Shown here: piece after piece, positions 1 to 8,931 of the stretch | Position numbering within the stretch: the stretch's first letter is position 1 | How the letters are laid out: every line of letters begins with the position of its first letter | Origin: Parcubacteria group bacterium | GTDB lineage: Bacteria; Patescibacteriota; Minisyncoccia; Phycocordibacterales; JABMNX01 | DNA: 24,000 bases | NCBI GenBank assembly: GCA_016784305.1 | Contig: JADHUY010000007.1 | Coordinates: 2,340-26,339 of the forward strand | Reading direction: 5' to 3' | Made by a program: the position numbers and the translations under genes | The notes under the pieces: generated by a model | What the model saw: the letters and a program-made list of their open reading frames with translations, nothing else | Databases searched by the model: none | Told to the model about the DNA's origin: nothing

Positions 1-81
1 GGACTTACCAGATCCGTCAATACCGTCTATTACGATAAATTTGCCAGCTTTTGCCACACCTTTTTTCCTTTGTATAGCCAT
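1..81 (-). CDS. tmk: thymidylate kinase, N-terminal fragment (CDS runs off the left edge)
   Basis: The reverse complement of 1-81 starts with ATG and reads MAIQRKKGVAKAGKFIVIDGIDGSGKS. FIVIDGIDGSGKS is the typical dTMP-kinase N-terminal P-loop. It is absent from the ORF track because it is truncated. Confidence 0.6.
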   Translation of the reverse strand, partial: MAIQRKKGVAKAGKFIVIDGIDGSGKS

Positions 82-158
82 AAGTGAAATAACTTAGTTG
101 GTATACTATACCCCACTAACCTTGTAGTGGATAACAACATCCAAACTAGAGAATATTT

Positions 159-1514
159 ATGTCATCAATCAACTCTCTAACGCACGCAACGCGGAAATTA
201 TCAAATGGCGGTATGGTTCTCGCTCTTAACGTCGGGGCAGACATTGACCCAGAGGCGCAAGCAATGCTCCAAGCTCTCCACTCGCGCTCAACTGGTGGTA
301 TAAAAGCCCATCTTGAAACACTTATTAAAAGCGGTTCAGAGAAGTTCATGTCTAGCTTTTATGTTGGCTATGGACACAAATCCATCGGAGATTGTGGTGG
401 TGGCGTTGTATTTATTGAAGGAGTCTCCATGCTTGCTGCAAAAGCTATCCAAGATTGGCGACTTTACAGCGGGCAAGAATCTTCAACCCGCTACATCGAT
501 TTTTCAAAGCAGAAATTTATAAATCCAGAAGGAAGTGACGCAGGAAATGACATCCTTGAAGAATGGCGGGACTTTTATCTTGAAAGTTTAGACCCTGTGC
601 AAAAACTTTTGAAAGAAAAATATCCTAAAGGCGAGGAAGAAAAAGAAATTACATATGACAAAGCAATAGCTGCCCGCGCATTTGATATTATGCGAGGTTT
701 TCTTCCGGCAGGAGCGTCCACAAACCTTGCGTGGTACAGCAACCTAAGACAATACGCCGACAAACTAATGCTACTTCGCCATCACCCACTTGCTGAAGTG
801 CGCGAGATTGCTTTGATGCTTGAAGAAGTTTTAGAAGAAACATTCCCTAATTCATTTGGACACAATAAGCACGAAGAGACGGAAAGCTACAACAAGTGGT
901 GGATGGAAAAATACAATTACTACACAAATGAAAATCCTAAAGAATTTGCATTAATCAGAAATGATATAGATGTAAACCAGCTAGAGAAGTATCGTGACGT
1001 ATTAGAGAAACGCCCAATGAAAACGGAGCTTCCAAAGTTTCTCTCTGAATGTGGAACTGTGCAGTTTGAGTTCCTTCTTGATTTTGGCTCATTCCGTGAC
1101 ATACAAAGACACCGCGCAGTAACACAGCTTATGCCACTTTTAACAACATCTCACGGCTTTGGGTCTTGGTACCTTAAGGAATTGCCAAAAGACCTCGTTG
1201 AAACGGCTAAAATACTGCTTAGAAAGCAAGAAGAGGCAATAAAGAAGCTTTCTGTGGATGAAAATATTGCGCAGTACTATATCTCTATGGGCTACAACCT
1301 CCCCAACCGCCTCACAGGTGATTTGCCGTCTCTTGTGTACTTAATAGAACTACGTGCCACAAGATTTGTGCATCCCACGCTTCAGCGCCGTGCAACAGAG
1401 ATGGCAAATACCCTCATGGAGGAATTCGGAAAGTCAGGCCTTGTTCTTCACCTTGATGAAGACCCTGGACGTTTTGATGTAAAAAGGGGCGAGCACGATA
1501 TAGTTAAAAAATAA
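159..1514 (+). CDS. thyX: ThyX-like flavin-dependent thymidylate synthase, unusually long (451 aa) with two Thy1-like halves
   Basis: ThyX-like motifs are present: GHKSIGDCG, SGQESSTRY, ARAFDIMRGFLPAGASTNLAWYSNLRQ and LRHHPLAEVREIA. A second half carries FRDIQRHRAV and LRATRFVHPTLQRRATEMA. Neighbouring tmk, dcd and folD fit this call. Confidence 0.7.
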   Translation: MSSINSLTHATRKLSNGGMVLALNVGADIDPEAQAMLQALHSRSTGGIKAHLETLIKSGSEKFMSSFYVGYGHKSIGDCGGGVVFIEGVSMLAAKAIQDWRLYSGQESSTRYIDFSKQKFINPEGSDAGNDILEEWRDFYLESLDPVQKLLKEKYPKGEEEKEITYDKAIAARAFDIMRGFLPAGASTNLAWYSNLRQYADKLMLLRHHPLAEVREIALMLEEVLEETFPNSFGHNKHEETESYNKWWMEKYNYYTNENPKEFALIRNDIDVNQLEKYRDVLEKRPMKTELPKFLSECGTVQFEFLLDFGSFRDIQRHRAVTQLMPLLTTSHGFGSWYLKELPKDLVETAKILLRKQEEAIKKLSVDENIAQYYISMGYNLPNRLTGDLPSLVYLIELRATRFVHPTLQRRATEMANTLMEEFGKSGLVLHLDEDPGRFDVKRGEHDIVKK

Positions 1515-1541
1515 TTTATACACTAATAAACGAAATAAAAT

Positions 1542-2219
1542 ATGGTTCTGTCAGACAAAAAAATTCTTGAACACATGAAAGCGGGCACTGTTGTAATAGA
1601 GCCCTTTATAAAAGAAAACCTCTCCACATCAAGTGTAGATTTAACCTTAGGAGAATGGTATTTCAAAGAACAACCCCCTAAAAATCACAGAACGATATTT
1701 AACCCGTACGATAAAAAAAGCGTTGACCTTGTGTGGGACACAAAGCCAAACAAAGCCGAATACGCAAAGGACGCATTTGAAAACTTTAATTTTAATTTCA
1801 AAGGGATAAACAAAAAAGATAGAGTTATCCTCCTTTCCCCAGGGGAAACCGTACTTGCTCACACAAATGAGTTTGTCGGTGGACGAGATGAGGTAACAAC
1901 AATGATGAAAGCGCGCTCCTCTTTGGGACGAGTATTTATTGAAGTATGTAAATGTGCTGGCTGGGGCGACGTTGGATATGTAAACCGTTGGACAATGGAA
2001 ATAACAAACAACTCCAGAGTACACACCATCCCCTTGGTTGTAGGCCGAAGAATTGCACAGTTAATATTTTTTGAAACAGGAGAAATATTAAAGAACGACT
2101 ACGCAAAAAAAGGAAAGTACCAAACCACAACAGATATAAAAGCACTAAAGAAAAATTGGGATCCTAAAATGATGTTGCCTCGCCTATATAAAGACAGAGA
2201 GGTCACAAAAAAGAAATAG
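1542..2219 (+). CDS. dcd: dCTP deaminase / dUTPase-superfamily protein
   Basis: The N-terminus MVLSDKKILEHMKAGTVVIEPF...SSVDLTLG and the segment LSPGETVLAHTNEFV...ARSSLGR match the Dcd family pattern. Confidence 0.8.
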   Translation: MVLSDKKILEHMKAGTVVIEPFIKENLSTSSVDLTLGEWYFKEQPPKNHRTIFNPYDKKSVDLVWDTKPNKAEYAKDAFENFNFNFKGINKKDRVILLSPGETVLAHTNEFVGGRDEVTTMMKARSSLGRVFIEVCKCAGWGDVGYVNRWTMEITNNSRVHTIPLVVGRRIAQLIFFETGEILKNDYAKKGKYQTTTDIKALKKNWDPKMMLPRLYKDREVTKKK

Positions 2220-2220
2220 A

Positions 2221-3015
2221 CTATTGTTTTTTTGCGCTAGTAACTACGTTCTTAAGAAGCATGGTTACCGCTATCGGCCCTATTCCACCTGGAACCGGCG
2301 TAAAAATACTACACTTAGTGCTACACTCTGCCTTAGCGTCACCTCTTAACTCCCCACTTGTCTCACTTGTACCAGCATCAAGTAGTGCCACCCCATCACT
2401 AATCATCTCACTGGTTATAAGTCCTGCAACGCCGGCACCAGTTACTATTATTTCTGCATCTTTGGTTGACCTCGCAAGATTATCAGTATCTATATCTGCA
2501 GTCGTTACAAGTGCGCCCACTTCTTTTAACCAATTTGCAGCTGGAATCCCAACGAGCTTACCCCTACCCACCACCAAAACTTTCTTACCTACTACATCCA
2601 CATTTCCTCTTTCAAGTACTTCCTTAATGGCCAAGACGACAGGAGACAGCATACTGCTATTCTCAGTTAACGCATCTACATCTTTCAATGGTGGAATATC
2701 ATCAAGCACCGCCTTTGTATTAATGTGTTTGGGAAGTGGAAGTTGAACAACTATGCCAGAAATACTTTCATCATCTGCATACCCCTTTACAACACCCCCA
2801 AGCTCCTCCTCAGAGATCTCTTCAGCTAGTTCTTTTGCAACCACCTCAATACCCACCTCACCCGCAATTCTTTTCTTAGTTTTTACAAACTTGCTCGTTG
2901 CAAAGTCTTCCCCCACAACAACAAGAGCCAGACGTGGTTTCCTACCAAGCCCGGCTATTTCGCCTTTTAAATTTGCCTTAATTTCCTCGGCAATTGCCTT
3001 GCCATCTACAACCAT
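2221..3015 (-). CDS. folD: bifunctional 5,10-methylene-tetrahydrofolate dehydrogenase/cyclohydrolase
   Basis: VDGKAIAEEIK...LALVVVGEDFATSKFVKTKKR...GIVVQLPLP...VVGRGKLVGIPAA...TPVPGGIGPIAVTMLL is a typical FolD sequence. Confidence 0.9.
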   Translation of the reverse strand: MVVDGKAIAEEIKANLKGEIAGLGRKPRLALVVVGEDFATSKFVKTKKRIAGEVGIEVVAKELAEEISEEELGGVVKGYADDESISGIVVQLPLPKHINTKAVLDDIPPLKDVDALTENSSMLSPVVLAIKEVLERGNVDVVGKKVLVVGRGKLVGIPAANWLKEVGALVTTADIDTDNLARSTKDAEIIVTGAGVAGLITSEMISDGVALLDAGTSETSGELRGDAKAECSTKCSIFTPVPGGIGPIAVTMLLKNVVTSAKKQ

Positions 3016-3024
3016 AATTAGGTT

Positions 3025-3450
3025 CTAGCCTTTTACTTCAATCCCCATTGAGCGCGCTGTTCCAGCGATTATTTTTGCACCCTGTTTAATGTCATTCGTA
3101 TTTAAGTCTTCAAGTTTTTTCTCTGCAATTTCTTCAAGCTGTTTTTGTGTAACAACACCAGCTTTAGTAACTAAGTTTTTACCTGACCCTTTTGGCTTTG
3201 CTATCGCCTTAAGAAGCATACGTGATGCTGGAGAAGTCTTCAAAACAAAATCAAAACTTCTATCACCATACACTGAAATCTCCACAGGTATAATATCGCC
3301 ACCCATGTCTTTGGTGTCGTTATTAAAACGATTTACGAAATCTCCAATGTTTATACCGGCTTGCCCTAGTGCAGGACCTACAGGAGGTGCGGGAGTAGCT
3401 TTGCCTGCTGGGATTTGGAGCTTTAATTTCTTTTCAACTTTTTTTGCCAT
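3025..3450 (-). CDS. rplK: 50S ribosomal protein L11
   Basis: [34 protein letters not shown] is the canonical L11 N-terminal domain. Confidence 0.95.
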   Translation of the reverse strand: MAKKVEKKLKLQIPAGKATPAPPVGPALGQAGINIGDFVNRFNNDTKDMGGDIIPVEISVYGDRSFDFVLKTSPASRMLLKAIAKPKGSGKNLVTKAGVVTQKQLEEIAEKKLEDLNTNDIKQGAKIIAGTARSMGIEVKG

Positions 3451-3499
3451 ATTAGATTTGATTAATGAGTGTAATAAAATGGAGCGAATTTAGCAAATG

Positions 3500-4045
3500 T
3501 TATATCTTTTTAACTTGCAAGAAATCCAGTTCAACTGGAGTCTCGCGCCCAAACATAGGCACCATCACCTTTACCTTGCCTCGCTCTTCGTCCACTTCCC
3601 CAATCTTACCCTCGAGTTCTTTAAACGGCCCGTCAACAATAGAGACTACATCATCAACCGAAAGGTCTATCTTGTGCTTAACGGTTTCTGACTGCATTCG
3701 AGCAAATAGCGCATCTACTTCTTCTGTCTCAAGAGGAACTGGCTGTGTTCCTGAACCAACAAACCCAGTAACACGAGGAGTATTCCTTACTACATACCAT
3801 GAGGCGTCATCAACCACCATATCTACTAGTACGTAGCCGGGGTAAATCTTCTCTTCTTCTGTTACTCGTTTACCTCCCTTGATCTTCACCTTCTTTTCTG
3901 TTGGAACAACAATATTAAAAATCTTATTCTCCATAGCCATAGAATCAATACGTTGCCTTAAGTTTCTTGCAACCGCATTTTCGTACCCAGCATATGTATG
4001 GATTGCGTACCAACTTCTTTCTTTGTCTCCTATTTGCTTACCCAT
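3500..4045 (-). CDS. nusG: transcription termination/antitermination factor NusG
   Basis: The NGN motif WYAIHTYAGYENAV and the KOW region VVSIVDGPFKELEGKIGEVDEERGKVKVMV are present. The gene sits in the secE-nusG-rplK order. Confidence 0.95.
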   Translation of the reverse strand: MGKQIGDKERSWYAIHTYAGYENAVARNLRQRIDSMAMENKIFNIVVPTEKKVKIKGGKRVTEEEKIYPGYVLVDMVVDDASWYVVRNTPRVTGFVGSGTQPVPLETEEVDALFARMQSETVKHKIDLSVDDVVSIVDGPFKELEGKIGEVDEERGKVKVMVPMFGRETPVELDFLQVKKI

Positions 4046-4048
4046 AAT

Positions 4049-4231
4049 TTATACGAAGAAAATATCTAGTAACCTAGTAAGAATAAAATCAAAAAGTCCC
4101 AAGTAAGCCGCTGTTAAAAGCGAAATAAATATAACTAAAATAGTAAACACAGTAGCTTGGCGCCTTGTTGGCCAAGAAACGTGTTTCATCTCCCCCCTTG
4201 TATCCTTAAGATATTGTATAAGTCTGCTCAT
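4049..4231 (-). CDS. secE: preprotein translocase subunit SecE
   Basis: A 60-aa protein with the motif KHVSWPTRRQ followed by one TM helix, located directly upstream of nusG. Confidence 0.85.
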   Translation of the reverse strand: MSRLIQYLKDTRGEMKHVSWPTRRQATVFTILVIFISLLTAAYLGLFDFILTRLLDIFFV

Positions 4232-4297
4232 GTTTTATTGGTATTAAAAAACCCCTCTCGGGGCACATATAGATATTACACCAAGCCCACCAAAAGT

Positions 4298-4338
4298 CAA
4301 CAAATCGCCAAGATGCACTGCATTTTGGCGATTTGTTG
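4298..4338 (-). terminator. hairpin terminator after the SIMPL gene
   Basis: A perfect 14-bp stem (caacaaatcgccaa / ttggcgatttgttg) lies 18 nt past the stop at 4357. On the minus strand it is followed by ACTTTTGG. Confidence 0.55.
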
Positions 4339-4356
4339 TATTCCCACCTAGTCTCT

Positions 4357-5163
4357 CTACCTTATTTCGTAAGTAACGTTTACGTTTGAGACAATACGAT
4401 TTTCACCTACTGAAATCTTTGGTGCTTGTGAGACGGCACCATCTCCTCCAAACCCAAAGGACTCATACGATGCTCTATATATGTCGCCTCCTCCATATTC
4501 ATTGAAGTTCACAACGCGCACAAGCCTGACTCCCAAATCTTTTGTCAGCGCTTTAGCTTTGCTTTTAGCGTCATAAATTGCAAGTTCCCTTGCTTCTTCT
4601 TTAAGCGCATCCTCATCGTCAATCGTAAATGAAAGTCCTCCAACACTTACCTTATTATCACCAACTGACGTAATACCAGAGATAATATCTCCAGCAGAGT
4701 CTATATCGCGAACCTTAACCTGTACACTGTGTGTAAGTGTAAACCCGTCAAACTCTTGCTCGCGTGGATTACAAGGGAAAGTAATGCAAACAATTTGTAC
4801 ATACTTGTACTGTGGCTGAAGACTGTAATTGACTGTCTTAATATCTTTTTTATCAACACCGTTTTCTTTTAGGTACTCGTCCGCAAGATTTGATATACGA
4901 GCCCCTTCATCTTGTGCTTCTTTTGCGGTTTTTACTCTTTCAACTGACGTTGTGTATGTAAACGTAGCTACATCAGGCACCGCAAACACTTCTCCCTCAC
5001 CAGATACACTAATAGTGCTCATCACAGGAGTGTCCGCTCCCACAAACTGCCAACCTAGAAATTCTGTAACAGTTTTTGCACCCAGAAAAATCATTAGAAG
5101 CATCAAAACCCACAAAACTGATTTCTTCATTTTCCCATCCATCGCCTCCATTCCGTTAAACAT
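4357..5163 (-). CDS. SIMPL (DUF541) domain secreted/membrane-anchored protein
   Basis: An N-terminal TM/signal segment is present. ISVSGEGEVFAVPDVATF...AKSKAKALTKDLGVRLVRVVNFNE follows the DUF541/SIMPL pattern. Confidence 0.7.
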   Translation of the reverse strand: MFNGMEAMDGKMKKSVLWVLMLLMIFLGAKTVTEFLGWQFVGADTPVMSTISVSGEGEVFAVPDVATFTYTTSVERVKTAKEAQDEGARISNLADEYLKENGVDKKDIKTVNYSLQPQYKYVQIVCITFPCNPREQEFDGFTLTHSVQVKVRDIDSAGDIISGITSVGDNKVSVGGLSFTIDDEDALKEEARELAIYDAKSKAKALTKDLGVRLVRVVNFNEYGGGDIYRASYESFGFGGDGAVSQAPKISVGENRIVSNVNVTYEIR

Positions 5164-5213
5164 AAAAATAATAGTTAGCTTATACGCGGACAGTTTAACA
5201 CATCAACTAAGTT

Positions 5214-5978
5214 CTACAATAAATCTAAAAGTGCATCATACTCAAGAAAGCCAAATATGCTAAACCCCCACTGGACAAGAAGCCCGAAGTTATTTGTTAG
5301 AAGTAATACCCCAATAAAGACTAGGAAAACCCCGCCCACAATAGAAGTCCATTTTATATACCTATCCATCCTCTTTATATATGAAGTCGCGTGAGAAATA
5401 CCAAGAGCTACAAGGAGAAACGGCACAGCAAGTCCTGCGGAGAATACTGCAAGGAGAATAGCTCCAGAAAAAGCGGCAGAAGATGTTGAAGCAAGGAGTA
5501 AGATTGACCCTAATATTGGCCCCACACAAGGCGTCCAGCCGAAAGCAAAAGCAGAGCCAATAATAAATGAACTTGAGGGTTTCCCTATTGAGAGCCACTT
5601 TGGAGCACTTATTTTTTTCTCCTTATTTAGAAATGGAATATTTAACACTCCGAGCATAAAAAGCCCAAACAATATAACAAACAGTCCACCAGTCCTTGTG
5701 AGCCACACTCTATAAGGTACTAGTCCTTGTCCTATAACTCCCGCCAAAGTCCCAAACAATATAAATACAACAGAAAACCCAAGGATAAAGAAAACCCCAT
5801 TTAAAAATATTCTTCTTCTTACTTCTTTCTTTTTGTTTGGGTTGTTTAAATCCTCGGGCGGTACTCCACTAATAAAGCCGAGGTACCCCGGCACAAGTGG
5901 AAGCGTGCACGGGGCAAGAAAAGTTAAAAGCCCCGCAATGAATGCTGATACAATAAATCCAATTGAAAGTGGTTCCAT
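5214..5978 (-). CDS. ccdA: cytochrome c biogenesis/thiol-disulfide electron transporter CcdA (DsbD-family membrane protein)
   Basis: A polytopic membrane protein with LAPCTLPLVPGYLGFISG and WTPCVGPILGSIL, the two conserved Cys-containing motifs of CcdA/DsbD. Confidence 0.85.
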   Translation of the reverse strand: MEPLSIGFIVSAFIAGLLTFLAPCTLPLVPGYLGFISGVPPEDLNNPNKKKEVRRRIFLNGVFFILGFSVVFILFGTLAGVIGQGLVPYRVWLTRTGGLFVILFGLFMLGVLNIPFLNKEKKISAPKWLSIGKPSSSFIIGSAFAFGWTPCVGPILGSILLLASTSSAAFSGAILLAVFSAGLAVPFLLVALGISHATSYIKRMDRYIKWTSIVGGVFLVFIGVLLLTNNFGLLVQWGFSIFGFLEYDALLDLL

Positions 5979-5986
5979 TTTAATTT

Positions 5987-6529
5987 TTAAATTTCTAGTA
6001 GCATTTCCTCAATATGTTGTTTCATCTCCTCAAAACTTAACGGTCCGCGCTTGTGAAGTAGTATATCCCCGTTGTTATTAACAAATATAGTCTCTGGCAT
6101 CCCAAATCCACCAATAGATTGATAAAAACTATCTTTAGGGTCAAGCAAAAGTGTAATTCTTCCTGTGATATTTAAATCATCAGAGAATTTCTTAACTTTA
6201 TCTAAGCTTTCGGCTCTATCAATCGCAACAACCGCTATCTCATCCCGAAACATCTCCTGGAGAAGTGCGAAGTCGTGAAGCTCCTCCACACAAAACGGAC
6301 ACCATGTAGCCCAAGCGTTAACAATAGTTATGTCTTTTTCAGAGTAAGCTGAAGACACCACGCTTCTTTCATAATTCTCCAAACTAAACTCTGGAGCCCT
6401 GTCGTACTTCTCTTCTGTGACATCAGACTTTTTTGGCTCTACATTATTTCTATCTTCACTGTTTATAAATAGAAATGTCCCAACACCTACCAATATAAGT
6501 ACAGCTACCAGCCCGAGATACTTACTCAT
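5987..6529 (-). CDS. TlpA/ResA-like membrane-anchored thioredoxin-fold oxidoreductase
   Basis: An N-terminal anchor is followed by an AWATWCPFCVEE active site (CxxC) and a thioredoxin-fold tail. Confidence 0.8.
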   Translation of the reverse strand: MSKYLGLVAVLILVGVGTFLFINSEDRNNVEPKKSDVTEEKYDRAPEFSLENYERSVVSSAYSEKDITIVNAWATWCPFCVEELHDFALLQEMFRDEIAVVAIDRAESLDKVKKFSDDLNITGRITLLLDPKDSFYQSIGGFGMPETIFVNNNGDILLHKRGPLSFEEMKQHIEEMLLEI

Positions 6530-6532
6530 ACA

Positions 6533-7228
6533 TTAACTACTTAATGCGGCCTCAACTATTGATTTAATCTGCTCATATGGAAGTGCCCCACTAAACGGAA
6601 ATGTTTCACCCCTATCATTAACGACTACAACAAAAGGTGTCCCAGTGCCACCTGAAGAGAGAGCATCAGCTATGTCCTCTTCAACCTCTTTTGCAATGTC
6701 GTCTGATTCTAAACAAATCGCAAATGCCTCGCCAGAGAGCCCTAATTCACCGGCCACCCTATTAAATAAAGGCGCTCCAAGGCTGGTCTGATTTTCAAAT
6801 ATCTGGTCTGTAAACTCCCAATATGCATCATTCCCGCCAAGTTTTGCTACACATTCAGATGCAACACTTGCTCCAAACGCATTTGAATGAATTGATGTAA
6901 GAGGAAAATCTCTATAAATCCAATTTACTTCTCCGTCATACTCTTCCACAATTTGTGAAAGAGTTGGGTGAATACGAGCACAAAACGGACACTCAAAATC
7001 AGAGAACTCAATAATGGACACCCTTGCATCAACGCTTCCTCTTATATGGTCCGCCCCATCAATCTTTCTTACACTCTCTGCTGCGGCGGAGTTACTGTTC
7101 CCAAAGGAATTGTCGTCTACAACCACATCTGTTTTAGGTCCTGCTGTATAAACTGCAATGGCAATCAAAAATCCGGCAACAATGATTGACCCTGGAACTA
7201 AATACTTATTTTCTAAAGTCTTTTCCAT
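6533..7228 (-). CDS. DsbA-family thiol:disulfide oxidoreductase
   Basis: An N-terminal anchor is followed by the FSDFECPFCARIHP active site and a C-terminal GTPFVVVN motif, as in DsbA/thioredoxin_4 proteins. Confidence 0.8.
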   Translation of the reverse strand: MEKTLENKYLVPGSIIVAGFLIAIAVYTAGPKTDVVVDDNSFGNSNSAAAESVRKIDGADHIRGSVDARVSIIEFSDFECPFCARIHPTLSQIVEEYDGEVNWIYRDFPLTSIHSNAFGASVASECVAKLGGNDAYWEFTDQIFENQTSLGAPLFNRVAGELGLSGEAFAICLESDDIAKEVEEDIADALSSGGTGTPFVVVVNDRGETFPFSGALPYEQIKSIVEAALSS

Positions 7229-7230
7229 AT

Positions 7231-7860
7231 TTATCTATGCGAGGAAGGAACACCACTTTCCGGACCTCTATTTTGATAACGTTTAATAAACTCCTCTATT
7301 CGCTTTGTATCTAGCACTCCATCCTCTGGCACATCAAAGCTGTCCACTCTCCCCCACGCGGAAAGTCCAATATCCTTATCATTTTCTGAACGTGCAGAAA
7401 TAATAACAACACCTTTATCAAACTGTTTTAATTCCTCTTTAACTTCAGTGCTCACATTAGGCTTATAAGTAATCCAAACGTGCCCATGCTCTAGGTTGTG
7501 CACAACATTCCTATCATCAACCAACTCGCCCACATCATAAAAACCTAAATTCATAGTAGACGAATAATGTGAGCCAGACGTTGGTGGATTGGTTTGATAA
7601 GAGACCGCCACTCCATTTCCTACATGCTCTCTACCTTCTATTGGTGCATCCACACTAAAGTCCTCCCCACTAGGAGCACCCATTTTAGCTAAAAAATAAA
7701 TTCCGAATACAACAAGCGCTAGAACTACTAGCCAAAAAATCCACCTGAACATGCTGAGAGAACTTTTTTTCTTCTTGTTACTCTCAGTTACCTTTAAACG
7801 TCCTTCTTCACGCTCCTTTTTCTTTGCGTCATAAACTTCTTTTGCATTTAAATCTTCCAT
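7231..7860 (-). CDS. DUF3105 domain membrane-anchored protein
   Basis: NPPTSGSHY...VVHNLEHGHVWITY matches the conserved DUF3105 core as I recall it. A single N-terminal TM helix is present. Confidence 0.65.
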   Translation of the reverse strand: MEDLNAKEVYDAKKKEREEGRLKVTESNKKKKSSLSMFRWIFWLVVLALVVFGIYFLAKMGAPSGEDFSVDAPIEGREHVGNGVAVSYQTNPPTSGSHYSSTMNLGFYDVGELVDDRNVVHNLEHGHVWITYKPNVSTEVKEELKQFDKGVVIISARSENDKDIGLSAWGRVDSFDVPEDGVLDTKRIEEFIKRYQNRGPESGVPSSHR

Positions 7861-7869
7861 AGTTTTTAT

Positions 7870-8928
7870 TTACTTAAATAAGTCCGTATCATTATGTACT
7901 GCTAACCACGAAAACCAAAATCCTCCAATATATGGCAATTCTTCACCGTCTATAGACATCCTAACACCGCCAAACTCATCTTTCACTATAGTAATAGTTT
8001 CTCCAGAAAATATATCAGTGGAAATCCCTTCCTTTAGTGCCTCGGTATGATACGCCTTAAACTTTCCATTGACCTCAATCCCCAATACAAACTCTTTTTG
8101 ATGGAGCCTGTCATCGTTAAAAGTGGCACCAAATGAAACGGTGTCGTCCGTATAATAGCCTCCATAGGGGTCAGCACCATATGAACGAGACGCGCCAGTG
8201 TCTTTTGAGAGTATTTCGGTGTTTGAATGTTTTTCCCTCCACTTGCCGAAAAATACAGCATCTGATGGAATAATGTCTAACTTAGCTCCTGTCATAGGAC
8301 CCAATACCCCCTCACCTAAAACTTGAGACCAGAGAGATTCCGTATCACCGTTTCCTGTGCGATTATACATTAACAAATTTGATTTCCACAATTTCCCTGA
8401 AACCCCAAACTCCGACACAACACCGTCTATTTCCCTATCAAATACAATTCCAGTAAGACAAAGTGGACAATACGACACCAAGATATCTCTTCCATTTAGC
8501 GTGTCGTTTACAAGCTCGTGCCACACTAATATTTGATATGGATAAAATCGCGCCACCCCGTCAATTTCCACTCCAAGTCCAGGGCTTTCATCCGTCAGAA
8601 ACTCCCTAGCCTCTTTTATAGAAATAAACTTAGGCTCATCAATTGACGGTATCCCGTCTTTAGGAGGCCCACCTGAAAGTATTTCATCAAGCGGTATGGA
8701 GTGCTTAACCCCATCTGTCACAAAAACCTCGCGCACAGATGTGCGCTTCACACCCGAGTTTAATTGATTATCTGTGCTACCTGCCTCTTTCATGTTTTCT
8801 CTATTTTTACCTTCCTCTAATTTAATGGTGTCGCCCTTAGGCAGTTGGAATCTATCTCCACGATTTATTATCAAAACCCCTCCAATAAGAAGAATGAGTA
8901 TTACTATTATGGTTGTTGGGTTTCTCAT
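7870..8928 (-). CDS. DUF3179 domain protein
   Basis: DGIPSIDEPKF, ARFYPYQILVWHELVND, VSYCPLC, FGVSGKLWKSNLLMYNR and SLWSQ are the characteristic DUF3179 motifs. Confidence 0.7.
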   Translation of the reverse strand: MRNPTTIIVILILLIGGVLIINRGDRFQLPKGDTIKLEEGKNRENMKEAGSTDNQLNSGVKRTSVREVFVTDGVKHSIPLDEILSGGPPKDGIPSIDEPKFISIKEAREFLTDESPGLGVEIDGVARFYPYQILVWHELVNDTLNGRDILVSYCPLCLTGIVFDREIDGVVSEFGVSGKLWKSNLLMYNRTGNGDTESLWSQVLGEGVLGPMTGAKLDIIPSDAVFFGKWREKHSNTEILSKDTGASRSYGADPYGGYYTDDTVSFGATFNDDRLHQKEFVLGIEVNGKFKAYHTEALKEGISTDIFSGETITIVKDEFGGVRMSIDGEELPYIGGFWFSWLAVHNDTDLFK

Positions 8929-8931
8929 ACA

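Noticed and set aside
2217-2223. Convergent genes with stops 0-6 bp apart and no terminator between them (dcd/folD here, also 13095/13102 and 20831/20832).
   Set aside because: The observation is real, but it is an expected consequence of genome compaction in this kind of organism. It is noted as context rather than as a finding.
2261-3836. Long antisense ORFs inside folD, rplK and nusG (2261-2746, 2753-3028, 3089-3493, 3465-3836).
   Set aside because: They lie opposite strongly recognisable conserved genes. Their Ser/Thr/Pro-rich low-complexity translations are shadow frames.
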